From Cyanobacteriota bacterium (GTDB lineage: Bacteria > Cyanobacteriota > Cyanobacteriia > PCC-6307 > Cyanobiaceae), in the NCBI GenBank assembly GCA_046052125.1, contig JBJOMY010000002.1, positions 128,001-192,000 of the forward strand: a DNA stretch of 64,000 bases, given 5' to 3'. Positions within the stretch are counted from its first letter, which is position 1. The number at the start of each line of letters is the position of its first letter. Shown piece after piece: positions 42,022 to 53,411 of this stretch. Position numbers and translations under genes: made by a program. The notes under the pieces are model-generated. The model saw only the letters and a program-made list of their open reading frames with translations, was not told the DNA's origin and made no database searches.

Positions 42022-42821
42022 GGCAAGGAAGAGTCGTCCACCGGCACTGTGGCGCTGGCGTAGAGCGCACGCAACGAGGCAGCGGTCAACGCTTGCCGCT
42101 GCAGAGCCGACCAGTCGCCAATCACCTCACCCGCCTGCAGCATCACCAGGCGATCGCCGTAGTGCAGGGCCTGCTCCAGGCTGTGGGTGACCATCAAGGT
42201 GGTGGTGCCCAAGCGAGCCACCAACCGGGCGGTGAGTGCCATCACACCGGCTTCAGCGCGGGGATCCAGAGCGGCGGTGTGTTCATCGAGCAGCAGCAGC
42301 CGCGGTTCGCCCAGGCTGGCCATCACCAGGCTGATGGTCTGCCGCTGACCTCCGGAGAGCTCGCCCACCGGCGTATCCAGGCGATCCGCCAGCGGCAGAC
42401 CCAGATCATCGAGCAGGGCGGCATAGCGGCGCTGATCGCCGCGGCCGGGATGGAGACCGAACAGGGCCCCGGGGGAGAGCAGGGAGCGGCGGCGGCACTC
42501 AGCTAGGCGCAGGTTTTCAGCGATGGTGAGCCCTGGCGCCGTGCCATCCAGCGGGTTCTGCATCACCCGTCCGATGGCACGGGCGCGCCGATGCTCCGGC
42601 AGGCGCAGCAGCTCACGCCCCTCCAGCTGCACTGAGCCCGCTCCTGCAGGCAAACGTCCGGCAATCAGATTGAGCAACGTCGACTTACCGGAGCCATTGC
42701 TGCCGATCAGCACCAGGAACTGACCGCTGCTGCAGGACAGGCTGAAGTTGCTGAACAACTGACGCCAGCCGCCACCGGGCAGGGCATGGCCCCAGCTCAG
42801 CCCCGCAATCTCCAGGCTCAC
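42018..42821 (-). CDS. ABC transporter ATP-binding protein
   Basis: GSNGSGKS, LSGGQRQ, LLDEHTAALDP, MVTH. Confidence 0.92.
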   Translation of the reverse strand: MSLEIAGLSWGHALPGGGWRQLFSNFSLSCSSGQFLVLIGSNGSGKSTLLNLIAGRLPAGAGSVQLEGRELLRLPEHRRARAIGRVMQNPLDGTAPGLTIAENLRLAECRRRSLLSPGALFGLHPGRGDQRRYAALLDDLGLPLADRLDTPVGELSGGQRQTISLVMASLGEPRLLLLDEHTAALDPRAEAGVMALTARLVARLGTTTLMVTHSLEQALHYGDRLVMLQAGEVIGDWSALQRQALTAASLRALYASATVPVDDSSLP

Positions 42822-43678
42822 GCCTCACCCCCGGGAGCCGACAGCCCAGGGATGCGCAACCGGCCCAAGCCCAAAGCCGCCAATAGCAGCAATGCCGTGG
42901 CCAGCTTGAGATCCACCGGATCCAAACCCAGCTGGAGGGCCAGGGCGATCATGGCGCGGAACAGCACCGACCCCACCACCACCGCCACCAGCGACCAGCC
43001 GACTGAACGGGGCCGCAGCACCGACTCACCAACAATCACCGCCCCCAGGCCAAGGATCAGGGAGCCGAGGCCCATGGTGACGTCGGCAAAACCCTGATAG
43101 GTGGCGACCAGCGCACCGGCCAAAGCCACCATGGCGTTGCCGGCGGCGATGCCCAGGGTGAGGCCACGGCGGGTGGAGATGGCATTGGAGCGGGCCATCA
43201 CCGGGTTGTTGCCAATGGCCCGCAGCGCCAGGCCGAGATCGGTGCGCAGCAGCAAGGCCAACAGCGCGATCAAACCGATCACCACCAACAGCAGAGCGAT
43301 CAGCCACTGCATGTCGCTGCTCACCGCCAGCTGCACATCGGTGAGCGGGATGTTGGAGCGACCCATCAACCGGAGGGTGATCGAATACAGCCCCGTGGTG
43401 GTGAGGATGCCGGCGAACAGATCATTCACCCCAAGGCGGGTGTGGATCAGTCCGGTCACCATTCCAGCGAGGGCCCCCAAACCGACTGCCACCAGCAGAG
43501 CCACCGGCACCGCCACCTGCTCACTGAGCAGCAGGGCGGCGCTGCCACCACCGAGGGCGAAGGAGCCATCCACCGTGATGTCGGCGAAGTTGAGCACCCG
43601 CAGGGTGAGGTACACGCCGAGAGCGAGGCCGGCATAGGCCAGGCCCTGGTCGATGGCGCCGATCCAGAGGGTGAGCAT
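42818..43678 (-). CDS. ABC transporter permease
   Basis: RVLNFADITVDGSF, YQGFADVTMG, GLGAVIVGE; multiple TM helices. Confidence 0.9.
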   Translation of the reverse strand: MLTLWIGAIDQGLAYAGLALGVYLTLRVLNFADITVDGSFALGGGSAALLLSEQVAVPVALLVAVGLGALAGMVTGLIHTRLGVNDLFAGILTTTGLYSITLRLMGRSNIPLTDVQLAVSSDMQWLIALLLVVIGLIALLALLLRTDLGLALRAIGNNPVMARSNAISTRRGLTLGIAAGNAMVALAGALVATYQGFADVTMGLGSLILGLGAVIVGESVLRPRSVGWSLVAVVVGSVLFRAMIALALQLGLDPVDLKLATALLLLAALGLGRLRIPGLSAPGGEA

Positions 43679-43713
43679 GGCTGCATTGTGCCGAGATCAG
43701 TCGGCGCTGCCCT

Positions 43714-44397
43714 TCAACTGCGGAACAAGCGTGAATAGAGCTCCGCATGTTGGAGTTGCGCCAAGCCCGCACCCACGCCGCCGTTGTGCAGCTGCCGAGG
43801 GTCTCGCTGGGCCAGATCCTGCGCCCGTTCAGCAATCAGAGCGGCCAGAGCGAGCTGCAGGCGCTGCCCCTGGGTGGGCCCGAGCGGCACCAGACGCACC
43901 GCAGCACTGATCTGATTGGCAACCCAGCTGTAGAGGTAGGCCTCCTCCATGGCGGGTGAGCCGATCTCCAGGCACAGGCTCGCCCAGGCAAAGGCTGCTG
44001 GCCAGGCCAGCAATGGCGCACCCGGGCAGAGGGGCCAACCCAGATCCGCCAGCAGCTGCAACAGCGACTGCCCCATCTGACGCTGCTGAGCCCGCACCTC
44101 CGCCGCCTCCCGCTGGGCGAGCAGCCAGCCATCGAGCTCCGCCGCCGCGCTCAGATCAGCGCCACCCCCCTGATGCAGACGCAACACGCTCTGCAACGCC
44201 GAGAGCCCCGCCGCTTCAAGGGCCACGGCACCGCGACGGAGCTCATCGCTCAGCCAGTACTCGAGGGCTTCAGCGCCGGCGATCGCCCCGCGCTGCACCA
44301 GCACTTCCAGGCCTTCCGAGTAGCTGAACGCCCCCACCGGCAAGGCCGGACTCACCAGCTGAAACAGCCTCAGGCGGGCGGCGTCAGCGCTGCTCAC
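43714..44397 (-). CDS. ureF: Urease accessory protein F
   Basis: SPALPVGAFSYSEGLE, PLGPTQGQ, YSRLFRS. Confidence 0.96.
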   Translation of the reverse strand: MSSADAARLRLFQLVSPALPVGAFSYSEGLEVLVQRGAIAGAEALEYWLSDELRRGAVALEAAGLSALQSVLRLHQGGGADLSAAAELDGWLLAQREAAEVRAQQRQMGQSLLQLLADLGWPLCPGAPLLAWPAAFAWASLCLEIGSPAMEEAYLYSWVANQISAAVRLVPLGPTQGQRLQLALAALIAERAQDLAQRDPRQLHNGGVGAGLAQLQHAELYSRLFRS

Positions 44398-44885
44398 GGG
44401 TGGTGGTGGCTATGGGCGTGGTGGTGGCCGAGCCCCTCGTAGGCACCGGCCTCCGGCTGGAAGGGCAACTGCAACAGGTCCACCGTCAGGCCCCGTTGCC
44501 GCAGCAGTTCGGCGAGCACGGGATCCTGCAGCACCACCAGGCGATCGGCATGGAGCTCCATCGCCACGTGGCGATTGCCGAGGTGATACGCGGCCTGCAG
44601 CAGAGCGAGGGGGTCAGCACTGCGCACCTGCATCACCGGCTCGGGTGCGGCTTGCACCTGCACCTGCACCGCGCCGTCGTCGCTGAGTAGACGTTCACCT
44701 GGCCGCAGGGCGGCGCCGCGGGGCAATTGCAGCAGCAGGTCACGGCCACAGGCGGAGCGCCGATGACCGCGCAGGCTGGTGCGTTCATCAGCCGCCAAAA
44801 GCAGTTGCAGCGGCTCGAGATCCACGGGCGGGGGCACTTGATCCGCCAGACGCTCCACCAACAGGATCGGGGCTTGCTCCGGCAT
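44394..44885 (-). CDS. ureE: Urease accessory nickel chaperone E
   Basis: AYHLGNRH, FQPEAGAY, His-rich tail HHHAHSHHH. Confidence 0.95.
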   Translation of the reverse strand: MPEQAPILLVERLADQVPPPVDLEPLQLLLAADERTSLRGHRRSACGRDLLLQLPRGAALRPGERLLSDDGAVQVQVQAAPEPVMQVRSADPLALLQAAYHLGNRHVAMELHADRLVVLQDPVLAELLRQRGLTVDLLQLPFQPEAGAYEGLGHHHAHSHHHP

Positions 44886-44934
44886 CTCCAGCTCTGGCTC
44901 CACGGCACACTGATCGGCGAGGGGGCACCTCCCT

Positions 44935-44948
44935 GTGATCATCGCTAC
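44935..44948. promoter_or_regulatory. NtcA-like box between divergent ureE and ureD
   Basis: GTG-ATCATCGC-TAC; on the minus strand it is followed after 22 nt by CAGTGT, a weak -10 toward ureE. Confidence 0.55.
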
Positions 44949-45855
44949 CGCTTCAACGGCCGCAGCCGCCTCGGGCTGGAGCGCCTCCGCCAACCTGCGC
45001 TTCAGCCAGCGCAACGGCATCACCCATCACCAGGGGGGAGCCAGTGCCCCGCTGAAGCTGATGCGCAGCTTTAGCCAGAGCAGCGGCCACTGCGAGCTAC
45101 CGCTGCTGCACACCGCCGGCGGCCTGGTGGGGGGCGACCGGCTGCAACTCGACGCTGAGCTGCAAACCGGCAGCCGCGCCCTGATCACCAGCGTGGCCGC
45201 CCAGAAGGTGTATGGCAGCGTGCGCCGCTCCCGTCTCCACCCCGAAGGCTCCTGGGCGAGCCAACAGCTGCACTTCCGCCAGGCTGAAGGCAGCGATCTG
45301 GAGTGGCTGCCCCAGGAGCTGGTGCTCTATGCCGATGCGCTCTACCAGCAGGATCTGCGGGTGGAGTTGGCTCAAGGCGCCAGCTTCCTGGCCATGGAGG
45401 TGGTGCGGCTGGGGCGCACCGCAGCAGGAGAAAAGCTGGGAGAAGGCCGCTGGCGCTCCTGCGTGGAGATCCAGCGCCTGGCCACCCCAACCGCTGCCCC
45501 GTGCTGGGAGCTGGTGGATCGGCTCGAGCTGGGGGGCGATGGCCTGGCAGCGGAGCACGGCATGGCGGGCCTGCCGGTGTTCGGCTCGCTGGTGTGGGCC
45601 GCACCACAGCCATTACCGGCTGAGCAGCTGCAACACCTGCTCGAGCAGGCGCGCTCAGCCCGCAACGGCCTGGAAGGGTCCATGGCCTGCGGCCCGCTGG
45701 AGCAGGGCCTCGTGGCCCGCTATCGCGGCCCCTCCAGCCAGGCGGCCCGCTTCTGGTTCTGCCGGCTGTGGGCGCTGATCAGAGAGCAACGGGGGCAAGC
45801 CGCGCCGCAACTGCCGCGGGTGTGGCCGTTCCAGGAGAACCCCTTTGCAGCTTGA
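44935..45855 (+). CDS. ureD: Urease accessory protein D
   Basis: HTAGGLVGGD, AAQKVY, LEWLPQE, PRVW. Confidence 0.94.
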   Translation: MIIATASTAAAASGWSASANLRFSQRNGITHHQGGASAPLKLMRSFSQSSGHCELPLLHTAGGLVGGDRLQLDAELQTGSRALITSVAAQKVYGSVRRSRLHPEGSWASQQLHFRQAEGSDLEWLPQELVLYADALYQQDLRVELAQGASFLAMEVVRLGRTAAGEKLGEGRWRSCVEIQRLATPTAAPCWELVDRLELGGDGLAAEHGMAGLPVFGSLVWAAPQPLPAEQLQHLLEQARSARNGLEGSMACGPLEQGLVARYRGPSSQAARFWFCRLWALIREQRGQAAPQLPRVWPFQENPFAA

Positions 45856-45951
45856 GCGCCGCTCAAGTGTTCAGGCTGAACACAATCGTGCACGGGCGCC
45901 GATCACAGTGATTGCGTTGACTGGGAGTCCCGGTCTGGCCCACCCCCTGCC

Positions 45952-46254
45952 ATGCATCTGACCCCTCAGGAGAAGGACAAGCTCCTGATCGTGACCGCGG
46001 CGCTGCTGGCGGAACGACGCCTCAACCGCGGCCTCAAGCTCAACCACCCGGAAGCGGTGGCCTGGCTGAGCTTCCAGGTGCTCGAAGGCGCCCGCGATGG
46101 GAAGAGCGTGGCCGAGCTGATGCAGGAGGGCACCACCTGGCTGAGCCGGGATCAGGTGATGGAGGGCATTCCCGAACTCGTGCATGAAGTGCAGATCGAG
46201 GCGGTGTTCCCCGACGGCACCAAGCTCGTGACCCTGCACGACCCGATTCGCTGA
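45952..46254 (+). CDS. ureA: Urease gamma subunit
   Basis: [25 protein letters not shown]. Confidence 0.98.
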   Translation: MHLTPQEKDKLLIVTAALLAERRLNRGLKLNHPEAVAWLSFQVLEGARDGKSVAELMQEGTTWLSRDQVMEGIPELVHEVQIEAVFPDGTKLVTLHDPIR

Positions 46255-46273
46255 CCACCCCCGCCGCAATCCC

Positions 46274-46606
46274 ATGGCATCACTGACTTCCAGGGGCCTC
46301 ATCCCCGGCGAACTGCTCCCTGAACCCGGCGAGCTCGAACTCAACGCCGGCCGGCCCGTCACCACCGTGCTGGTGGCCAACACGGGCGATCGCCCCGTGC
46401 AGGTGGGATCGCACTTCCACTTTTTTGAAGTGAACGCAGCGCTGGAGTTCGACCGAGAGGCCACCCGCGGCCAACGGCTCGACATCCCTGCCGGGACGGC
46501 GGTGCGCTTTGAGCCCGGCGATAGCCGCGAAGTGCAGCTGGTGCCCTTTGCCGGCGAACGGCGCATCTACGGCTTCAACGGCCTGGTGAACGGCCCCCTC
46601 GACTGA
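46274..46606 (+). CDS. ureB: Urease beta subunit
   Basis: [21 protein letters not shown]. Confidence 0.98.
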   Translation: MASLTSRGLIPGELLPEPGELELNAGRPVTTVLVANTGDRPVQVGSHFHFFEVNAALEFDREATRGQRLDIPAGTAVRFEPGDSREVQLVPFAGERRIYGFNGLVNGPLD

Positions 46607-46612
46607 TCTCCC

Positions 46613-48309
<1,697 letters not shown>

Positions 48310-48325
<16 letters not shown>

Positions 48326-48708
48326 ACCAGGGGCGGCACCCGCGGCAGGGGCCGATCCAGCTGCACACCAATCACCTGCAGGGCCCCCAGCCCGTCGGCC
48401 GGGGTGCTCCAGCGCAGGGTGGCGGGCAAACGCACTGCTGCAAAAGCGGGGTGGTTGCTTACATCGAGCAGCAGGGGGCAACCCGACGAAAGCGCCGCGT
48501 TGGCCTGCACCAGCAGAGCCAATCCGCCATGGCTGATGTCGAGGATGTCGGCGCTGAGCCAGGCGCCGGGTGGCGCTGCCTGAGGCAGCGCGCGCAGTTG
48601 CACCGGCAGCACGCTGCCCACGGGCAGGCGGGGGTCGTGACGGCGATTGAGTGGCGCTCCCACCTCGTCCCACAGGGGTTGATCCAGCGGTGGGAACGGC
48701 CCGGCCAT
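48310..48708 (-). CDS. Single-domain PilZ protein
   Basis: RRHDPR (RxxxR) and DISHGG (DxSxxG), then LRW and IGVQL. Confidence 0.8.
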
Positions 48709-48757
48709 GGGCTGAACGCTAGGCAGCGTGCAGGCGTCGGGGCAACCCTGCGCTTCC

Positions 48758-48799
48758 GTAGCAACAGCAACCTGGGGGGGCCAGGGAGCTCTGCATGAT
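48758..48799 (+). promoter_or_regulatory. Putative NtcA-activated promoter of the ATP-grasp operon
   Basis: GTA-GCAACAGC-AAC, 22 nt, CATGAT. Confidence 0.6.
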
Positions 48800-48820
48800 C
48801 ACGCCACCGCAGGCTCGGCG

Positions 48821-50260
48821 ATGTTCACCGACTACCGGCCCAGCAAGGGCTACGACGAATATTTCAGTGCCAGCGAGGAGCCCCGCCGCGCTCTGCAGCC
48901 CCTGCTCTCCTCCCTGGGCGCGCTCGGGCTGGAGCAGCTGAACCGCAACCACGCCGCGGCCGGCATGTTGCTCAAGCGCCTGGGAGCCACCTTCCGGCTC
49001 AACGACTCCGGCAGCCGCGGCGGCGAGCGCATCCTGCCCTTTGATCCCCTGCCCCGTCTGATCGGCGCCAGCGATTGGGAGCAGCTGCAGCGCGGCCTAA
49101 TCCAGCGCCTGGAGGCGATTGATCTGTTCCTGGCGGATGTGTATGGCGATCAGGCGATCCTTCGCGATGGCGTGATCCCCAGGGAAGACGTGGAGAGCTC
49201 CCAGGGCTGGCGCCCCCAGCTCCGCGGCTTCCGGCCGCCTCTGGGCAAGTGGTGCCAGATCTCCGGCCTGGATCTGATCCGCGATGGCCTGGGCACCTGG
49301 CGGGTGCTGGAGGACAACCTGCGCTGCCCTTCGGGAGTGGCCTACTTCCTCGAGAACCGGCGCGTGATGAAGCGCATGTTCCCGAGCCTGTTCAGCGGCC
49401 GCACCGTGCAGCCGATCGACAGCTATCCCTCTCAGCTGCTGCAGACCCTGCGGGATCTAGCCCCTTGGACCGAAGCCCCGCGGGTGGTTCTGCTCACGCC
49501 GGGGGTGTTCAACAGCGCCTACTTCGAGCACAGCTACCTGGCCCAGCAGATGGGCATCTCCCTGGTGGAGGGCCGGGATCTGGCCTGTCAGGACGGACGG
49601 GTGTGGATGCGCACCACCCAGGGGCTGGAGCCGGTGGATGTGATCTACCGCCGCATCGACGACGACTTCCTCGATCCGGCCGTGTTCCGCAGCGATTCAA
49701 TGCTGGGGGTGCGCGGCCTGATGGAGGTGTACGCCCAGGGCCGCGTGGCGATCGCCAACGCACCGGGCACCGGCGTGGCCGACGACAAGCTCATCTACGC
49801 CTACGTACCCGAGATGGTGCGGTATTACCTGGGCGAGGAACCGATCATCGAGAACGTTCCCACCTATCTCTGCTCCAGGCCCGATGACCAGGCCTACGTG
49901 CTGGCGCACCTAAACGAGCTGGTGGTGAAGGCGGTGTCGGAAGCGGGCGGCTACGGGATGCTGATCGGCCCCCATGCCAGCCAGGCCGAGATCCTCGAGT
50001 TCGCCGAGAAGATCAAGGCCGATCCGCGCAATTTCATCGCCCAGCCCACGCTGGAGCTCTCCACCGTGCCCTCCCTGAGTGAAGGAGAGCTGTATCCCTG
50101 CCACGTGGATCTGCGGCCCTATGTGCTGCGGGGCAAAGACTCCTGGGTGACCCCCGGCGGCCTCACCCGGGTGGCGCTCAAACGGGGTTCGCTGGTGGTG
50201 AATTCATCCCAGGGCGGCGGCTGCAAAGACACCTGGATCGTGGAGGAAGCCGCATGCTGA
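48821..50260 (+). CDS. Circularly permuted type 2 ATP-grasp protein
   Basis: PFDPLPR, LEDNLRCPSG, NSAYFEH, YRRIDDDFLDP, VVNSSQGGGCKDTW. Confidence 0.92.
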   Translation: MFTDYRPSKGYDEYFSASEEPRRALQPLLSSLGALGLEQLNRNHAAAGMLLKRLGATFRLNDSGSRGGERILPFDPLPRLIGASDWEQLQRGLIQRLEAIDLFLADVYGDQAILRDGVIPREDVESSQGWRPQLRGFRPPLGKWCQISGLDLIRDGLGTWRVLEDNLRCPSGVAYFLENRRVMKRMFPSLFSGRTVQPIDSYPSQLLQTLRDLAPWTEAPRVVLLTPGVFNSAYFEHSYLAQQMGISLVEGRDLACQDGRVWMRTTQGLEPVDVIYRRIDDDFLDPAVFRSDSMLGVRGLMEVYAQGRVAIANAPGTGVADDKLIYAYVPEMVRYYLGEEPIIENVPTYLCSRPDDQAYVLAHLNELVVKAVSEAGGYGMLIGPHASQAEILEFAEKIKADPRNFIAQPTLELSTVPSLSEGELYPCHVDLRPYVLRGKDSWVTPGGLTRVALKRGSLVVNSSQGGGCKDTWIVEEAAC

Positions 50261-51249
50261 GCCGCGTTGCCGATTCGCTCTACTGGATCAATCGCTACGT
50301 AGAGCGCGCCGAGAACCTCTCTCGCTTCGTGGAGGTGAGCGAGGCCATGGCGCTCGACTGCCCGCCTGGCAGCGCTGAACCCTGGCAGCCGCTAATCGAT
50401 GCCAGCGGCGATCGCGAACTGTTTGATCAGCTCTATCCCAACGGTGGACCCGAGCAGGTGGTGGAGTTTCTGGTGAAGGCCGAGGCCAACCCCAGCAGCA
50501 TCGTGAACTGCATCGCCCTGGCCCGCGAGAACGCCCGCCAGATCCGCGATGTGATCACCACCGAGATGTGGGAGCAGATCAACGGCCTCTACTGGACCCT
50601 GCTGGAGAGCGAGAGCTTCTGGCACCAGCCGCCCCAGGAACAGCTGCGCGAGATCCGGCGCGGTTGCCAACTCTTCTATGGCATCACCGATGCCACCCTC
50701 AGCCGCGATCTCTCCTGGCAGTTCAGCCGTTTGGGCCGCTTGATCGAGCGCGCCGATAAGACGACGCGCATCCTCGATGTGAAGTACTTCCTGCTGCTGC
50801 CCAGCCCGGAGGAAGTGGGTGGCGTTCTGGATGAACTGCAGTGGATCTCCCTCCTGCGCACCGCCGGCGCCTATCAGATGTTCCGCCAGTCGCAGCAAGG
50901 TGTGATCGCGCCAAGGGCGGTGGCGGCCTTCCTCTTGCTCGATCCGAGCTTCCCCCGCTCGGTGCGCTACTGCCTCGATCGCATCCACGAAACCTTGCAG
51001 GTGGTGGCGGCCAGCCCTGTGCCCGGCAACCCCGACGCGCTCGAATGCCTCAGCGGCCTCACCCGCGCCCGCTGGAGCTACACCGGCATCGATGAGTTGA
51101 TCGCCGGTGGCCTGCACGAGGCGATCGACGCGCTTCAACAAGATCTGAATAGCCTTCACGAGCTGATCCACTCGCGCTACTTCGTGTTGCCGAGCCTGGC
51201 CCCAGCAGCAACCGCCACCAGTGACGACCTGGCATGCGCGCCCGCCTGA
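50254..51249 (+). CDS. Alpha-E domain protein
   Basis: MLSRVADSLYW, RYVERAEN, ARENAR, IERADKT, FPRSV. Confidence 0.92.
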   Translation: MLSRVADSLYWINRYVERAENLSRFVEVSEAMALDCPPGSAEPWQPLIDASGDRELFDQLYPNGGPEQVVEFLVKAEANPSSIVNCIALARENARQIRDVITTEMWEQINGLYWTLLESESFWHQPPQEQLREIRRGCQLFYGITDATLSRDLSWQFSRLGRLIERADKTTRILDVKYFLLLPSPEEVGGVLDELQWISLLRTAGAYQMFRQSQQGVIAPRAVAAFLLLDPSFPRSVRYCLDRIHETLQVVAASPVPGNPDALECLSGLTRARWSYTGIDELIAGGLHEAIDALQQDLNSLHELIHSRYFVLPSLAPAATATSDDLACAPA

Positions 51250-52103
51250 TCCACCGGTTCGATTACCGCTACACCAAGCCCGTGGTGCTGGGTCCCCATC
51301 GCTTCTGCCTGCGGCCACGGCCCCATGGCTTTCAGCGCTTGATCGACTTCCGCCTGGAGATCTCTCCCGATCCCAGCCAGCTCTATGACCTATTGGCCGC
51401 CGGCGGCGACACGATCACCCGGGCCCGCTTCCTCGGGGAGAGCGATCACCTGCTGGTGGTGGCCACCAGCGAACTGGAAACCTTCAACCCTCCGCTGCTG
51501 GAGGCCTGCCTCGATGAGCCGATGGCGCAGCTGCCCGTGCAGATCGGCAAGCTCAACCCCGATCTCTTGAGCAACCTGCAGGGCTGGCTGCCCAACGGCC
51601 AGCACGATGCGGCGGCCGTGGATCTGGCCCAGGAAGCGCTGATGGGCAGCGATGGGCGCAGCCTCAACTTCCTGCAGCAGCTGATCGAGGTGATCCAGGA
51701 CCGGGTGAAGTACACCCAACGCCACGTGGGTCCGGCGTGGCCCGCTGGCCGCACCCTCAAGGAACGGGTGGGCTCCTGCCGCGATCTGGCGATGCTGATG
51801 ATCGAGTGCTGCCGCAGCGTGGGGCTGCCCGCCCGCTTTGTGAGCGGTTACCACCTGGTGGAACCCAAACCCGAGCGCTACGACCTGCACGCCTGGGCCG
51901 AGGTGTATCTGCAGGGAGCGGGCTGGCGCGGCTTTGACCCCAGCGGCAAGGGCGCCGTGGACGACCGCTACATCCCGGTGGCCACCTCGTCCCGCTCCGA
52001 TCTCACCGCGGCGGTGAGCGGCACCTTCTCCGGCCCACCCGGGGTGGAGAGCGAGCTGGAGTGGGAGATCACTGCCGAAATCTTGAGTTCTGCGCTGCGG
52101 TAG
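51234..52103 (+). CDS. Transglutaminase-like protein
   Basis: GSCRDLA (Cys), PARFVSGY, HAWAEVY (His), GFDP (Asp). Confidence 0.93.
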   Translation: MRARLIHRFDYRYTKPVVLGPHRFCLRPRPHGFQRLIDFRLEISPDPSQLYDLLAAGGDTITRARFLGESDHLLVVATSELETFNPPLLEACLDEPMAQLPVQIGKLNPDLLSNLQGWLPNGQHDAAAVDLAQEALMGSDGRSLNFLQQLIEVIQDRVKYTQRHVGPAWPAGRTLKERVGSCRDLAMLMIECCRSVGLPARFVSGYHLVEPKPERYDLHAWAEVYLQGAGWRGFDPSGKGAVDDRYIPVATSSRSDLTAAVSGTFSGPPGVESELEWEITAEILSSALR

Positions 52104-52490
52104 CCGTTAGTGCTGCCGGATCGGCAGAGCCGCGCGTAGACAGACCCAGCCACCGCCGCCGGATGTTCCTCTCCAGCTGGAACTGCGCGAGGCGGGCAGC
52201 ACCACAATCGCGGCGCGCTGGCAATTGGCGAGTGAGTCCGGCGGTTTTGAGCTGCTCACTGATCCCCGCTCAGAGGCGATGGGCCATGAAGCGAGCGCGG
52301 CCCCTCTACGTGGCGCTGGGCAGCATTGCAGCACAGTCGATCTACGGCTTTGAAGCACCCGAAATCTGAAGGGAATCAGGCCTGAGGTTCAGCTTTTTTT
52401 CCTGAGCCTCAAGATTGATTGCGTGGGCAAAAACACACATGCCAGGTCGTGTCCGGCAGACGTAGAAACAGATCAGTACGGAGCCGATTC

Positions 52491-52694
52491 ATGGGCGGGC
52501 AGCTGCACCTTGTTGGCCTCACTGGCGATGGATGTCGGATTGCCCGCGATGGAGCCGGCGGCTACGTGGTGAACCACGCCGAGGTGGATGGCGCCTGGCA
52601 GCGGGTAGCCAACCTGCCCGCTGCCTATGCCGTCTGTGAACAGTTCAACCACCGCGAGGTGGTGCCGCTGCCCCGCCGCCGCGAGCAGGCCTGA
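52491..52694 (+). CDS. Small hypothetical protein (67 aa)
   Basis: ATG preceded by GGAG; GC3-biased codons; converges with the next gene. Confidence 0.5.
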   Translation: MGGQLHLVGLTGDGCRIARDGAGGYVVNHAEVDGAWQRVANLPAAYAVCEQFNHREVVPLPRRREQA

Positions 52695-52697
52695 GAC

Positions 52698-53174
52698 TCA
52701 CCAGCTCACGCCGTGCAATTTGGGTAGGGGCGCCGTCTTGAACGTGGTGGCAAACAGCCGCGGAATCAGGCGGCTGTTGTACACGCGGAACTCACGCACC
52801 ACACTGGCGCCTTCCTCCCGCACGGCCTGATTGAGCACCACCGAACCGTCGGGATCGGAGACGGAGCGATGGAAGGTGCCGGGCGGAATGCGCAGGATGT
52901 CGCCACCGGTTTCCAGGCGAACAATGTGGTACGGGTAATTCCAGCCGAAGTTCACCAGGTAGAAGGTGCGGCCGCCGTGGAGGGCCAGCAGATTGTCTTC
53001 CTGGTGGGGGTGCAGATAGAACTGCCAGGCGCCAGTGTTCTCCTCATCCGGAGGGCTCACCGCCGGGCCCGAGTGGATCACCAGATCGCGCGCATTCGAT
53101 TCGGCAACGGTGATGTCGAAGAAGCGAACCGCGGGAGTATCGCGGAACTTTTCATAGGGAATCAGCTCAAACAT
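52698..53174 (-). CDS. Cupin-like conserved picocyanobacterial protein
   Basis: YLHPHQED and LRIPPGTFHRS cupin-type motifs; start 53174 or 53255. Confidence 0.8.
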   Translation of the reverse strand: MFELIPYEKFRDTPAVRFFDITVAESNARDLVIHSGPAVSPPDEENTGAWQFYLHPHQEDNLLALHGGRTFYLVNFGWNYPYHIVRLETGGDILRIPPGTFHRSVSDPDGSVVLNQAVREEGASVVREFRVYNSRLIPRLFATTFKTAPLPKLHGVSW

Positions 53175-53379
53175 CGGAGCCCGCTCCGGGGAGGCGAGCT
53201 CCAGGGATCGGCTTTCACGCTGAAGTGAGTCCTGCTGCAGCGGCAATGCAGACATGGCGAATGATGCGGCGGTGGCCTGGGGGATGGGCCAATGAACCGC
53301 GAAAGGAGGTTCGCAATGGTTCGCAGTACTACGTAATCAACGTTTCCACAGACCAGTGCGTTAGGTGGTTTTGGCGTAC

Positions 53380-53393
53380 GTAGCGTTGGTTAC
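53380..53393. promoter_or_regulatory. Consensus NtcA box
   Basis: GTA-GCGTTGGT-TAC in an AT-richer divergent intergenic region. Confidence 0.65.
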
Positions 53394-53411
53394 AACTTGG
53401 GCTGTTTTCTG

